In this document: positions 28,661 to 37,766 of the stretch, one piece after another
How the letters are laid out: every line of letters begins with the position of its first letter
Numbering within the stretch: position 1 is the first letter of the stretch
Origin: a virus
Length of the DNA: 64,000 bases
Direction: 5' to 3' (one strand)
Virus record (IMG/VR): IMGVR_UViG_3300045988_184192
The notes under the pieces: generated by a model
Seen by the model: the letters and a program-made list of their open reading frames with translations, nothing else
The model's database searches: none
What the model was told of the DNA's origin: nothing
Program-made: the position numbers and the translations under genes

Positions 28661-29776
28661 ATGATTCATTTCATTAATAAACTACTAACACTATTTTCAC
28701 CAAATGTGACAGCTTTCATTGTGTTTCTAGTGGCATTAATTTTGATTACATCTATTATCCGAATCTTGCCAATTCAGAATCCAATTTATAGGACTGCACG
28801 TTGGTTCGTTTTACTCATTCTCCCCATCTGTTTCGCATTAGGAACACGGTATTATCTCAGTAAAATGAGTTTGGGAGATATTAGCTATACGACCCAACAA
28901 TTTGCACCAAAGGAAACAGCTGACGCACAACATGCTGTTGATACAGCTACTACAACCTCTCAGAATTGGATTGATGGTACCACATCATTCCTAAAGTCTG
29001 TTCCTCAAAAGTTTGATGACGTCATGAATTGGTTTAATAACCTTGGTACATGGTTCTCAACAGACCAACAAGTTCAAAATCAAGCGCAACCAACTCAAAA
29101 TCAAGCAACACCTGAGACAGTTCAGGGAACTGATGTTATGGTTTATGATGGAAATGAACTTCATGGTAAACCATTATCTAGACTAAATGCTCTAAAAGGC
29201 TATCAAATGCTTAATTTGCCACTTGATCAGCTTGGTAGGGCTGTAGATGGTCATATCCTTTTATCAGCTAAAGACATGCCTAAAAAGGCGCGTGAGAGTA
29301 AGATTACTGTTAACCCTGTCGGATGGCATAACTATAAATATACAGCTGATGGAAAAACAACCTGGCTCTTTCAACGTGGTCATTTGATTGGTTACCAATT
29401 CTCAGGTCTAAATTCTGTTAAAGAGAACCTAACTCCAATGACAGCAGTCTTAAATGCAGGTAAACCAAAAGGAATAGACGACTCTAATCAATCATCCATG
29501 TTATACTATGAGAACCAATTAGCCAAATGGCTCAAAGAGCACCCAGATTACAAATTGGACTATCAAGTAACACCATTTTACAAAGAGTCAGAACTACTTC
29601 CTCGTATTATTCGACTCTCTTGGGTAGGAATTGACCCAACAGGTAAATTGGTACCTATTTCTATTGGAGAGCAAACAGAGTTCCACAATGAAACAGGTCT
29701 AGTCTATCTCCCCAACACCTCTCCAAATGCCACCATTGATTACCAAACTGGTATGGCTCAAGTAACATCTTGGTAA
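28661..29776 (+). CDS. membrane-anchored DNA/RNA non-specific endonuclease (EndA/NucA-like, His-Me finger)
   Basis: Two N-terminal TM helices. C-terminal domain with LFQRGHLIGYQFSGLNSVKENLTPM. RGH is the catalytic motif of Serratia NucA and streptococcal EndA-family nucleases, with the downstream N-x-x-P Mg-ligand region. Confidence 0.6.
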   Translation: MIHFINKLLTLFSPNVTAFIVFLVALILITSIIRILPIQNPIYRTARWFVLLILPICFALGTRYYLSKMSLGDISYTTQQFAPKETADAQHAVDTATTTSQNWIDGTTSFLKSVPQKFDDVMNWFNNLGTWFSTDQQVQNQAQPTQNQATPETVQGTDVMVYDGNELHGKPLSRLNALKGYQMLNLPLDQLGRAVDGHILLSAKDMPKKARESKITVNPVGWHNYKYTADGKTTWLFQRGHLIGYQFSGLNSVKENLTPMTAVLNAGKPKGIDDSNQSSMLYYENQLAKWLKEHPDYKLDYQVTPFYKESELLPRIIRLSWVGIDPTGKLVPISIGEQTEFHNETGLVYLPNTSPNATIDYQTGMAQVTSW

Positions 29777-29789
29777 AGGAATTAACGCT

Positions 29790-30113
29790 ATGTCAGATAA
29801 TAAATTAGTTAAACTTTCTTTGAAAATTGATAACAATATTGTACCCATTACATCAGCTGAAGATGATTTCTATTTGAATATAACAGATAAAGTTGTAATA
29901 TTTAGATCAACACCTGATACATATTATAATATTGTTAAACTAGATAACGTTGAGATTGAAAAAATCAATGCTGAATATATTGAATATAATTACCCTAATA
30001 TTCAATTAACAGCTATAAAAAAACTATCTTACAGATATGCAACACCTGAAGAAGTTGAGCAAATTAATTCAATAATGCAAGATGCTATCAAAAATGGTAC
30101 TGTTTATGATTAA
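29790..30113 (+). CDS. hypothetical cytoplasmic protein; candidate nuclease inhibitor/immunity partner by position only
   Basis: 107-aa ORF 13 nt after the nuclease gene's stop. No motif. Confidence 0.4.
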   Translation: MSDNKLVKLSLKIDNNIVPITSAEDDFYLNITDKVVIFRSTPDTYYNIVKLDNVEIEKINAEYIEYNYPNIQLTAIKKLSYRYATPEEVEQINSIMQDAIKNGTVYD

Positions 30114-30166
30114 TAATCCAACATCAACCTCTAGCCAAGAAAAGTCAAATATGATATAATAAATCC

Positions 30167-30772
30167 ATGTTTATATTTAGTTTATTTATTGCAGGTTTAG
30201 TATCTGTATTATCACCATGTATTGTTCCACTTTTACCAGTTTACTTAGGTGTACTAACTGATCAAAATGGTTCTACGATTAAGAGAACATTCTTATTTAT
30301 ACTAGGTGTTTCAACGATCTTTCTTGGTTTAGGTTTTGGTTTTGGAATGATTAGTCAATACTTATATCAAGTTTGGTTCAAATACCTATTAGCTAGTATT
30401 ATTATTCTACTTGGAATTCACCAGTTAGAATGGATTCAATTTAAGAAATTAAATTATGAAAAACGAATCCAATCATCTTATGCAAACAGCTATCTCTTAG
30501 GATTAACCTTTAGTTTCTCATGGACACCATGTGTAGGTCCAATTTTAGCAACAGTATTATCTACGATTGCTGCCCAACACATTTCTCCGATTCAAGGTGT
30601 CTTTTATCTAGCCATTTACACACTAGGTTTTGCAGTTCCATTTGTTGGTATTGCACTCCTATCAAACAAAATGCTCCAATTATCCAATAAGATAAGACCA
30701 CACCTACCACTTATCAAAAAATTAGGTGGTATCCTTATTATTGGAATTGGAATTTATACAGCTATCAGATAA
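30167..30772 (+). CDS. CcdA/DsbD-family thiol-disulfide transporter membrane protein
   Basis: LSPCIVPLLP in TM1 and SWTPCVGPIL in a later TM helix match the two conserved Cys motifs of CcdA. Six hydrophobic helices. Possible leaderless start: TATAAT at 30148-30153 lies only about 13 nt before the ATG and there is no SD. Confidence 0.7.
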   Translation: MFIFSLFIAGLVSVLSPCIVPLLPVYLGVLTDQNGSTIKRTFLFILGVSTIFLGLGFGFGMISQYLYQVWFKYLLASIIILLGIHQLEWIQFKKLNYEKRIQSSYANSYLLGLTFSFSWTPCVGPILATVLSTIAAQHISPIQGVFYLAIYTLGFAVPFVGIALLSNKMLQLSNKIRPHLPLIKKLGGILIIGIGIYTAIR

Positions 30773-30800
30773 TAGTTCAATCTATTATCTGATTTTTATT
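30765..30800 (+). terminator. rho-independent terminator
   Basis: CAGATAATAG-ttcaat-CTATTATCTG followed by ATTTTTATTT. Confidence 0.55.
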
Positions 30801-30835
30801 TATCACATATTATAATAGAAAGAGGTCACACGTAT

Positions 30836-31918
30836 ATGTCAGAAACAATGTCTATTCCATTTCAAGTTGATCCACTATGGATGACACGTCAAATTCTTAA
30901 TATTTTTTGGGAAACAAATCTTCATCAATTCAATGCTATGGAAATTTCTTACCAAAATGCTCCATTTCGTCATATTGTTCCTAAAGCTATCATCTATAGT
31001 ATCAATGAGGTATTGATGGAAATCGATGATCAATTATTAGAAGAATGTATTCTAAAAGCCATTCCATCAGGTGATTATGTAATTGGTAAGGATCCAAAAG
31101 AAACACTTGAGATATTGAAGACCATTTGCCAAACGAATCTCTTCAAAAAGATTTTAGATGCAAATCATGTAAAGAAACCAGTCACCATATCCTATGTGTT
31201 TGATAAAACAACTAATATGGAATATTTAGCTAATTTTGGTCACCATGCTGATACAATTCTCACAATTGTAGCCAGTCATCCAGAATTAGATACGGTTGCA
31301 AAAGCAGATCGATTTATCATGAATGACCTTATTATTGAGGGATATGCAGGTAATTCTTATTATGTACCTGATGGTGAAATTGAGGATAAACAGTATGAAT
31401 ATGATCTTTGTAAATACAAGGTTCAACATTTAGAAGCTGTAGACCTTGAAGCAACCACTCAAAAGTTGTTAGACTTGTTCTATGAACAAGATGTAAAAGT
31501 CTCTGATTCAGATTTTGAACCAGTTTATGTTTATCATTTGACTTATACAAATGAATACACTCACCCAACATTTGTTGAGGAATATGGTAAATTTGTAGAT
31601 GAATATTTCCACTATCATATTTATAAAAATGTTACTGAAGCCCTCTTTGAAATGCGTAAAACAAACAAAGAATCTTTAGAACAATTTCATAATGACTGCA
31701 AAGTTGAATTTGCAGCTGACAAAACTCTACAAGAGTTGTATCATAAAATCTACAAAGAAACCCCATCATCATTCGCACAAGAACGTGATCATGATTGCAT
31801 TACAGATTACCAATATTGCAAACCAGTTAATGATTTTGAAGACTATTTCGACACTTACTATATCACAAAAACCATTGATGTTGATCCAGAAAAAGCTGTT
31901 GTTCTAAGCAAATCCTAA
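30836..31918 (+). CDS. hypothetical protein (360 aa)
   Basis: RBS AATAGAAAGAGG. Confidence 0.5.
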   Translation: MSETMSIPFQVDPLWMTRQILNIFWETNLHQFNAMEISYQNAPFRHIVPKAIIYSINEVLMEIDDQLLEECILKAIPSGDYVIGKDPKETLEILKTICQTNLFKKILDANHVKKPVTISYVFDKTTNMEYLANFGHHADTILTIVASHPELDTVAKADRFIMNDLIIEGYAGNSYYVPDGEIEDKQYEYDLCKYKVQHLEAVDLEATTQKLLDLFYEQDVKVSDSDFEPVYVYHLTYTNEYTHPTFVEEYGKFVDEYFHYHIYKNVTEALFEMRKTNKESLEQFHNDCKVEFAADKTLQELYHKIYKETPSSFAQERDHDCITDYQYCKPVNDFEDYFDTYYITKTIDVDPEKAVVLSKS

Positions 31919-31949
31919 TATCCTAATATAGAAAGGTAAACCATTAGTA

Positions 31950-32900
31950 ATGTATGTATCAAAAATAAACCCTTTCAAAAGTTTACATGATGTTGAGAAA
32001 GTAAACATTCAACTTAACGCAACCTATTCAAAGACAAAAATTCTTAAGTTGTTTATGGAACTTGAATTATTTGCAGAACAAACAAAAGTTTCAACATCAA
32101 AAACCATTGTCATTATAAATGCCACTACATCCCAAAAAATTGCATCTAAATTGACAGCTGAAACAATTCAATATGTAAAATCTAAACTTCCACATAACAT
32201 TATTTTGAATTGGGATATGTTATCTGAAAATGATCTTAAAAAAGTGCAGCAACGAATCATTCAAATTGAAACGATTGCTCAACTCAAATCTCAATTTGAC
32301 AAGACTCATGTGAAAGCTATTCCATATAAATCAGCAAAACCTGTACCAACATTCAAAATTGTACCTTATACAACATCACCTATTAATATTCGCTCACTTT
32401 TATTCAAAGAAGTTGCTAAATATGATGAAATTCAATCTGGTATAATATCTATTACAGATCCAAATAAAATGACATTAGACGTAGCATTTCAACGAAATTT
32501 GGTCTGGACCCTAGAGCAAAAACAAAGTCTGATTCTTAGTATTTTGCAGCAAATGCCAATTGGTATGTTTTATATCAATGAATCTTTTGATAATCCAAAT
32601 ATTGATGTGGTCTTATATGATGGAAAACAACGGTTTGATGCTATTAAAGGATTTCTATATGGAGAATTCCCTATCACCATTGATGGCAACGATTATTATT
32701 GGTATGATTTAAGGGATGATGATGTGGCAACCATTCTATCCACATCTATCTCCATCAACACAACCAATTTTGATTCTGAAGTAGACTTGATCAACTATTA
32801 TCTACTTATTAATCAATCAGGACGTTCACATACCAAGGGTGATATTCAAATTGCTCTAAATGAACTGGAACGTCTTAAAACTGATGAAAAGAACGATTAA
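31950..32900 (+). CDS. DUF262 (ParB/Srx-like) domain protein, second paralog, with an N-terminal extension
   Basis: AFQRNLVWTLEQKQSLILSIL...VVLYDGKQRFDAIKGFLYG matches the DUF262 signature in the C-terminal half. Canonical RBS. Confidence 0.6.
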   Translation: MYVSKINPFKSLHDVEKVNIQLNATYSKTKILKLFMELELFAEQTKVSTSKTIVIINATTSQKIASKLTAETIQYVKSKLPHNIILNWDMLSENDLKKVQQRIIQIETIAQLKSQFDKTHVKAIPYKSAKPVPTFKIVPYTTSPINIRSLLFKEVAKYDEIQSGIISITDPNKMTLDVAFQRNLVWTLEQKQSLILSILQQMPIGMFYINESFDNPNIDVVLYDGKQRFDAIKGFLYGEFPITIDGNDYYWYDLRDDDVATILSTSISINTTNFDSEVDLINYYLLINQSGRSHTKGDIQIALNELERLKTDEKND

Positions 32901-32921
32901 GATGGAAAGGTGAACCAATTA

Positions 32922-33494
32922 ATGTACACTTATCTAAAATTTAACTTTGAATTAGGTTATGGTATTGGATTACCAGTCATTATCTTTATTTCAGATGACT
33001 TAAAATCAGTACTGGAAGAATATTTCAAAAAAGACTATTCAGATGATGACTATGTAACATTTGATGAAAACTATGTATCCATCAACTCAATTATCCAATC
33101 AGCTGAATTTTTTAAAACATATGAACCCATCCCTCATGATTTAGATCAATCAGCCTATATCATCCATTGTCTCCTAACTTATTTAAAACAACCCTATAAC
33201 TTTGACGTTGAAAGTATTCCACCAAAAACCTCAACACCAATTTACACCTTATCTAAAGAAGACCAAGCAGTTGAAGATTTTGTCAAAAGTGTCCAACCAT
33301 TTTTAGAAAAAGAACAATTAGACCCACAGTATCCATCTGATAAAGTATTAACTCGATTGGGTCAAGACCCTCGTCATTTCTCAAGTATTGAAGACCTCGT
33401 AACATCTGCTCAGCTATTTGGTATTTGTCCAAGATGTGATAGTGTTAGACATGAAGATGGCTGCCTAACGTGCCAAAGTTATGGTGATGAGTAA
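32922..33494 (+). CDS. hypothetical protein with a C-terminal CxxC...CxxC zinc-ribbon-like motif
   Basis: ATG at 32922 preceded by GGAAAGG. C-terminus CPRCDSVRHEDGCLTCQSYG. Confidence 0.45.
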   Translation: MYTYLKFNFELGYGIGLPVIIFISDDLKSVLEEYFKKDYSDDDYVTFDENYVSINSIIQSAEFFKTYEPIPHDLDQSAYIIHCLLTYLKQPYNFDVESIPPKTSTPIYTLSKEDQAVEDFVKSVQPFLEKEQLDPQYPSDKVLTRLGQDPRHFSSIEDLVTSAQLFGICPRCDSVRHEDGCLTCQSYGDE

Positions 33495-33523
33495 ATAATA
33501 ACTAGAAAGGTAACTTACACCAC

Positions 33524-34117
33524 ATGAAGAAACAAGATATTATTGATCTCATTAATGAAAAGCAAGACATTATTGATATCATCAATGAGTATCCGTATAA
33601 TAAATTAGATATATCTATTTTACCAAGTTTAATCTTGCGCAAAAAGTTTGAAAAAGAACATGCTGATGAAGAAATGGTAACACTTTATCGTAACATTGGT
33701 CAAAAAGAACTTGAAAAACTATTGAGTGGTCAAGTTATTGTAGGATATTATAATTTAAGTCGTGAACGTCAATCATCAGCACATTATGATCGAGTAGTTT
33801 GTACTTATAAGGATAAAATCATTTGGAAATTTTCAAATTCAGATTCACATCAATATATTATTAAATTATCTGTTCCAAAAACAGCCTGTTTAAAAACAGG
33901 AATTGGCACCTATTTTGCATCTAAACAATTCAAAACTACAAAAGTTTGGACTGGTTGTAAAGGATCTGTTGAATATGAGTTAGAAGAAGTCTATTTAGAT
34001 TCATATGACATCAGTAATCTAATTGAAATTCAAGAAACAAATCTCAAAGTAACTGACGATGATTTAGAACTAACAGCCTTTAAACTAGGTATTCCATTCA
34101 AATTAATGTTAAAATAA
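33524..34117 (+). CDS. hypothetical protein
   Basis: Canonical RBS CTAGAAAGGTAACTT. Confidence 0.5.
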   Translation: MKKQDIIDLINEKQDIIDIINEYPYNKLDISILPSLILRKKFEKEHADEEMVTLYRNIGQKELEKLLSGQVIVGYYNLSRERQSSAHYDRVVCTYKDKIIWKFSNSDSHQYIIKLSVPKTACLKTGIGTYFASKQFKTTKVWTGCKGSVEYELEEVYLDSYDISNLIEIQETNLKVTDDDLELTAFKLGIPFKLMLK

Positions 34118-34141
34118 TCATAAATAGAAAGGACCCAATCC

Positions 34142-34579
34142 ATGACACTTGTTAAAGAATTAGCAAAAATAGATGGTGAATTGAAAAAGAAAGACCAATT
34201 TAAAGAAAAATTGTCCACTTACATCAATTCTCCTAAAGTTAAACCAATTATCAAACGGTCTATTTCAAATGATATTTACATCAATGAACCTATTGATGAT
34301 ATCAAATCAAATAAAATAATTGAATTTCATGTTACAGATAGTTCTCAATTCTCAGGATTAGATTCCTATGAAATTTCAATTTTTGAAAAAGAATATTCAG
34401 ATCATGAATCATATGAACTTTGTAATATCAGATTACAACCTATTCAAAATCAACGCACTAATCCAACAAATGATTTTGAAATTGTTATTTTACATATGGA
34501 TGACCAAAAATTGACCTATGATGATGTTTGTGTATATATCAAAAATGCAGTTGGTGTTGAAGATGATAGTGAAAGTTGA
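34142..34579 (+). CDS. hypothetical acidic protein
   Basis: Canonical RBS ATAGAAAGGACCC. Confidence 0.5.
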   Translation: MTLVKELAKIDGELKKKDQFKEKLSTYINSPKVKPIIKRSISNDIYINEPIDDIKSNKIIEFHVTDSSQFSGLDSYEISIFEKEYSDHESYELCNIRLQPIQNQRTNPTNDFEIVILHMDDQKLTYDDVCVYIKNAVGVEDDSES

Positions 34580-34587
34580 GGTGACCC

Positions 34588-34959
34588 ATGACTCTACCAT
34601 CTATCCAAGATTGGATTCAATCAGATTACTTCAAATCTCATAACAAACCCAACATCAATCTTACTAGTCTAGATCGTACACTTCATTATAGTCCACGATA
34701 TTATCATTTACCTACAGATATTCATAAGTACTCACCACTCATCCAAGATATGAAACATCCAAATGAGTTACAATCATATCATGAATTTGAACAATATTGT
34801 AAGAACTTACTCGTTGAGTTACGTAAGAATAAAGTGATCAATCAAAATCCAATTATTCAAACTCCATTCCTGTTTGATGAATTCTGTAATCTAAGAAAAA
34901 ATAATTCAGAAAAACTACTTGAACATTATTTGGACTATATTAAGAAAGGTGATCTATAA
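34588..34959 (+). CDS. hypothetical protein
   Basis: GAGG SD. Confidence 0.5.
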   Translation: MTLPSIQDWIQSDYFKSHNKPNINLTSLDRTLHYSPRYYHLPTDIHKYSPLIQDMKHPNELQSYHEFEQYCKNLLVELRKNKVINQNPIIQTPFLFDEFCNLRKNNSEKLLEHYLDYIKKGDL

Positions 34960-35177
34960 TGGCTTTAACTATAAATGAAATCATCGTAATAGCTGTTTTA
35001 AGTTTAATATTCTTAGCTCTTTGCGCTAGATTTGCATATGATTCGTTTTCAGAATACTTGAAAGACCTAACAATAGTAATTCTATTATTACTTGGACTTG
35101 TCCTCTGTTATGTTGTATATAACCAACAACTATCAGGACACTTTGATATAAAAGAAACAATTAAAGGAAATCAATAA
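34959..35177 (+). CDS. small membrane protein (2 TM)
   Basis: Hydrophobic 72-aa ORF that overlaps the previous stop. Confidence 0.45.
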   Translation: MALTINEIIVIAVLSLIFLALCARFAYDSFSEYLKDLTIVILLLLGLVLCYVVYNQQLSGHFDIKETIKGNQ

Positions 35178-35372
35178 ATGCCTGAATATATTAAATACGT
35201 AGCAAATGCATTTGCAATACTTTTCATCATTATAACTCTTATTATAGGTTTAATATTTAGAAAAAACCGTTTTGAAACAAGTAATGATGACTTATCTAAA
35301 GTATTTTATCTAATGTTAGTTACATCAACAATTATGATTTATGTAGCCATTATCATAAATGGTTATTTTTAG
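35178..35372 (+). CDS. small membrane protein (2 TM)
   Basis: Hydrophobic 64-aa ORF. Confidence 0.45.
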   Translation: MPEYIKYVANAFAILFIIITLIIGLIFRKNRFETSNDDLSKVFYLMLVTSTIMIYVAIIINGYF

Positions 35373-35387
35373 AAAAGGATATTAGTA

Positions 35388-35636
35388 ATGACTCAACCAC
35401 AATTTGAACCATTATCTCAACCCCTAGTTGATCTAATTGATGAAATTTTAACAAAAGAAGATGCTAAAGATCTCAAAGACATCTTTCTACAAACAGCTAT
35501 CTTCAATGAAATAATCGCTTTTGAATTAGGTCGATCTGATAATCATGTTCTAAATGAATTAACTCGTATCTATAAACATGAACCACATAGGTTGATGTAT
35601 CATTTTGCAACATACTATCATAAAAATACAATATAG
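35388..35636 (+). CDS. hypothetical protein
   Basis: ORF with AAAAGGA SD. Confidence 0.45.
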   Translation: MTQPQFEPLSQPLVDLIDEILTKEDAKDLKDIFLQTAIFNEIIAFELGRSDNHVLNELTRIYKHEPHRLMYHFATYYHKNTI

Positions 35637-35655
35637 TTGTTAGAAAGGGTGTACA

Positions 35656-35844
35656 ATGTCAACACTCATACCATTTTTCATCATTTCAGTTATCTATTTC
35701 ATAACTATGGGTATGCTGATAAAAGTAAAACTAGATAATCCATTTATTTATGATTTAACGTTTTTAATGATTTTAGTCACAATTACATATATTGCAATAA
35801 TTATTCTAACATTCAAAACTGAGTTACTGTCCATTTTTCAATAA
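35656..35844 (+). CDS. small membrane protein (2 TM)
   Basis: Canonical RBS TTAGAAAGGGTG. Hydrophobic 62 aa. Confidence 0.45.
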   Translation: MSTLIPFFIISVIYFITMGMLIKVKLDNPFIYDLTFLMILVTITYIAIIILTFKTELLSIFQ

Positions 35845-36108
35845 TCGTCACAGTAACTCAACACCACTTTTACAATTTGTAACATTTTTGTAACCCATAA
35901 CTATTTGAAATATGTTATACTAATAATCTCTTGGTTGGGATGACAGCCATTAAGGTTTAAAGCCATCATTCAAAATAAATTAAATTTTCTTATTATGAAA
36001 GGGGTCTCTCTGATAACACAATCCCTGAAAGTGAATGGATTCATAACATCTATGTTGAACTTCACCATCCACATTGTCACTGTCTTGGAAACCAGAGTAA
36101 CTTAATAC

Positions 36109-36783
36109 ATGTTTAATAAACTCAAAGCATCTGTCGCTGTTCTTGCACCTGCTGCAATTCTTTTTGCACAAAACGTATCTGCTGATCAAGTATCCAACAC
36201 TTACACCATTAAAGCAGGTGACACTCTTAGCCAAATCGCTCAAGATCACTTTGGATCAGTTGACTATGCTGATGAGATTGCATACGTAAATGGAATCACA
36301 AATATTGACCTCATCTTTGCAGGTGAAACATTGAACCTTGATGGTGTTAAAGAAGCTAAAGTACCAAGTGACTATCATGTTGAGGGTCTTGAAACTCAAA
36401 CTCAAGTAACAACTGCTTCAGCTTCAACATCTAACTATCAATATGCTACTGATGCAACTTACCAAGCTCCTCAAGTGGCTGTAACGCAAGATTACTCAGG
36501 TTACGGTACTGGTTCAATTATTCTTTCAAATGGTAACACTACAGGTGAAGTTGGTTCATATGCTGCGGCTCAAATGGCTGTTCGTACAGGCGTTCCTGCA
36601 TCAACTTGGGAACATATCATTGCACGTGAATCAAACGGTCAAGTGAATGCTTACAACCCATCTGGTGCGTCAGGTCTGTTCCAAACCATGCCAGGTTGGG
36701 GTTCAACTGCAACAGTTGAAGACCAAATCAATGCTGCAACCAATGCTTACAACGCTCAAGGTTTGTCAGCTTGGGGTTATTAA
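36109..36783 (+). CDS. secreted LysM + IsaA/SceD-like lytic transglycosylase-domain protein
   Basis: Signal peptide. LysM ([17 protein letters not shown]...IFAGETLNL). C-terminal [28 protein letters not shown] typical of the transglycosylase-like (IsaA) domain. No SD. A 264-nt upstream leader contains a CAACACCA box. Confidence 0.7.
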   Translation: MFNKLKASVAVLAPAAILFAQNVSADQVSNTYTIKAGDTLSQIAQDHFGSVDYADEIAYVNGITNIDLIFAGETLNLDGVKEAKVPSDYHVEGLETQTQVTTASASTSNYQYATDATYQAPQVAVTQDYSGYGTGSIILSNGNTTGEVGSYAAAQMAVRTGVPASTWEHIIARESNGQVNAYNPSGASGLFQTMPGWGSTATVEDQINAATNAYNAQGLSAWGY

Positions 36784-36808
36784 GATAATTAATAATAACT
36801 CAACACCA

Positions 36809-36844
36809 AAAATAGAAGTGTTTCAAACACTTCTATTTATTTTA
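36809..36844 (+). terminator. rho-independent terminator
   Basis: AAATAGAAGTG-tttcaaa-CACTTCTATTT followed by ATTTT. Confidence 0.65.
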
Positions 36845-36870
36845 GTTTAATTATGTAAAGGAGCTAAACT

Positions 36871-37290
36871 ATGTTTATTTATGCAACTTGTGTGGAACGT
36901 GAAGTCACTGTTAATCCAGTTAAAACAGCTGAAGAAGCAGTTATCAAAATGATTGAACAAATCTACAAAGATTATTCAATGCAAACCACTGTCATTTATA
37001 CACCTGAATCAATTACTGATTATTTAGGGTCAGATGATGATGAATATGAATCAGAAAACCTCATGTTTTTGCAAGACCTTTATCAAAAATTGAAAAATGG
37101 TGAATCACTTGAAAAACTTGTATCTGAATCTGCAGATCAGGAACTGGTTATTCGTCATGATGACGATCCACTTTGGGAAGTATTTATTCGATTTGATGAT
37201 AAAAAGAAACTCACTGCTCAAGCATATTCTAATGTTGACAACGATTATCTATATGATGCTGTTCTAGAATATGTAGATGAAGCGATTTAA
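36871..37290 (+). CDS. hypothetical protein, tandem paralog A
   Basis: Shares NPVKTAEEAVI-MIE-IY-DY...LQDLY-KLKNGESLEKLVSES with the next gene. Confidence 0.55.
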   Translation: MFIYATCVEREVTVNPVKTAEEAVIKMIEQIYKDYSMQTTVIYTPESITDYLGSDDDEYESENLMFLQDLYQKLKNGESLEKLVSESADQELVIRHDDDPLWEVFIRFDDKKKLTAQAYSNVDNDYLYDAVLEYVDEAI

Positions 37291-37306
37291 ACAAAGGAGT
37301 TAATCA

Positions 37307-37732
37307 ATGTTCATTTTCTCAACATCTATCGCACGTGATATGGATATTCAACCTGTCAAAACAGCCGAAGAAGCTGTTATTGAAATGATTGAAACAATCT
37401 ATGATGATTATAAATTGGACAAAGATGTTGTTTATACAACTATATCTATTCAAGAATATTTACAAGCCCATGATGAACGCAGTTCTGAAGCTGAAGATCT
37501 CATTCGTCTACAAGACCTTTATCTAAAACTGAAAAATGGTGAATCTTTAGAAAAACTTGTTTCTGAATCAAAAGACCAAATGTTACTTATCCGTCATTGT
37601 TACGATCCATATTGGGAAGTATCTGTTGAATTTGATGAAAATAAGAAAATTACAGCTGAAGCTTTCTCCAATGTAGACAATCTTTATGAATATGATGCTA
37701 TGTTGAAATGGATTGAAAATAAAGAAAAATAA
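37307..37732 (+). CDS. hypothetical protein, tandem paralog B
   Basis: Roughly half of its residues are identical to paralog A over the full length (compared by eye). Confidence 0.55.
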   Translation: MFIFSTSIARDMDIQPVKTAEEAVIEMIETIYDDYKLDKDVVYTTISIQEYLQAHDERSSEAEDLIRLQDLYLKLKNGESLEKLVSESKDQMLLIRHCYDPYWEVSVEFDENKKITAEAFSNVDNLYEYDAMLKWIENKEK

Positions 37733-37766
37733 GAGTATCTACAATAGATACTCTTTCATTTTTTAA
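37732..37766. terminator. bidirectional rho-independent terminator
   Basis: AGAGTATCTA-caa-TAGATACTCT followed by TTCATTTTTT. Separates the convergent genes at 37307-37732 (+) and 37767-38012 (-). Confidence 0.6.

Noticed and set aside
35980-36249. Minus-strand ORF 35980-36249 (89 aa, Cys-rich)
   Set aside because: Overlaps the signal-peptide region of the LysM-transglycosylase gene and its leader. No SD. It is most likely an AT-rich frame artefact, though the leader region itself is flagged as unusual.
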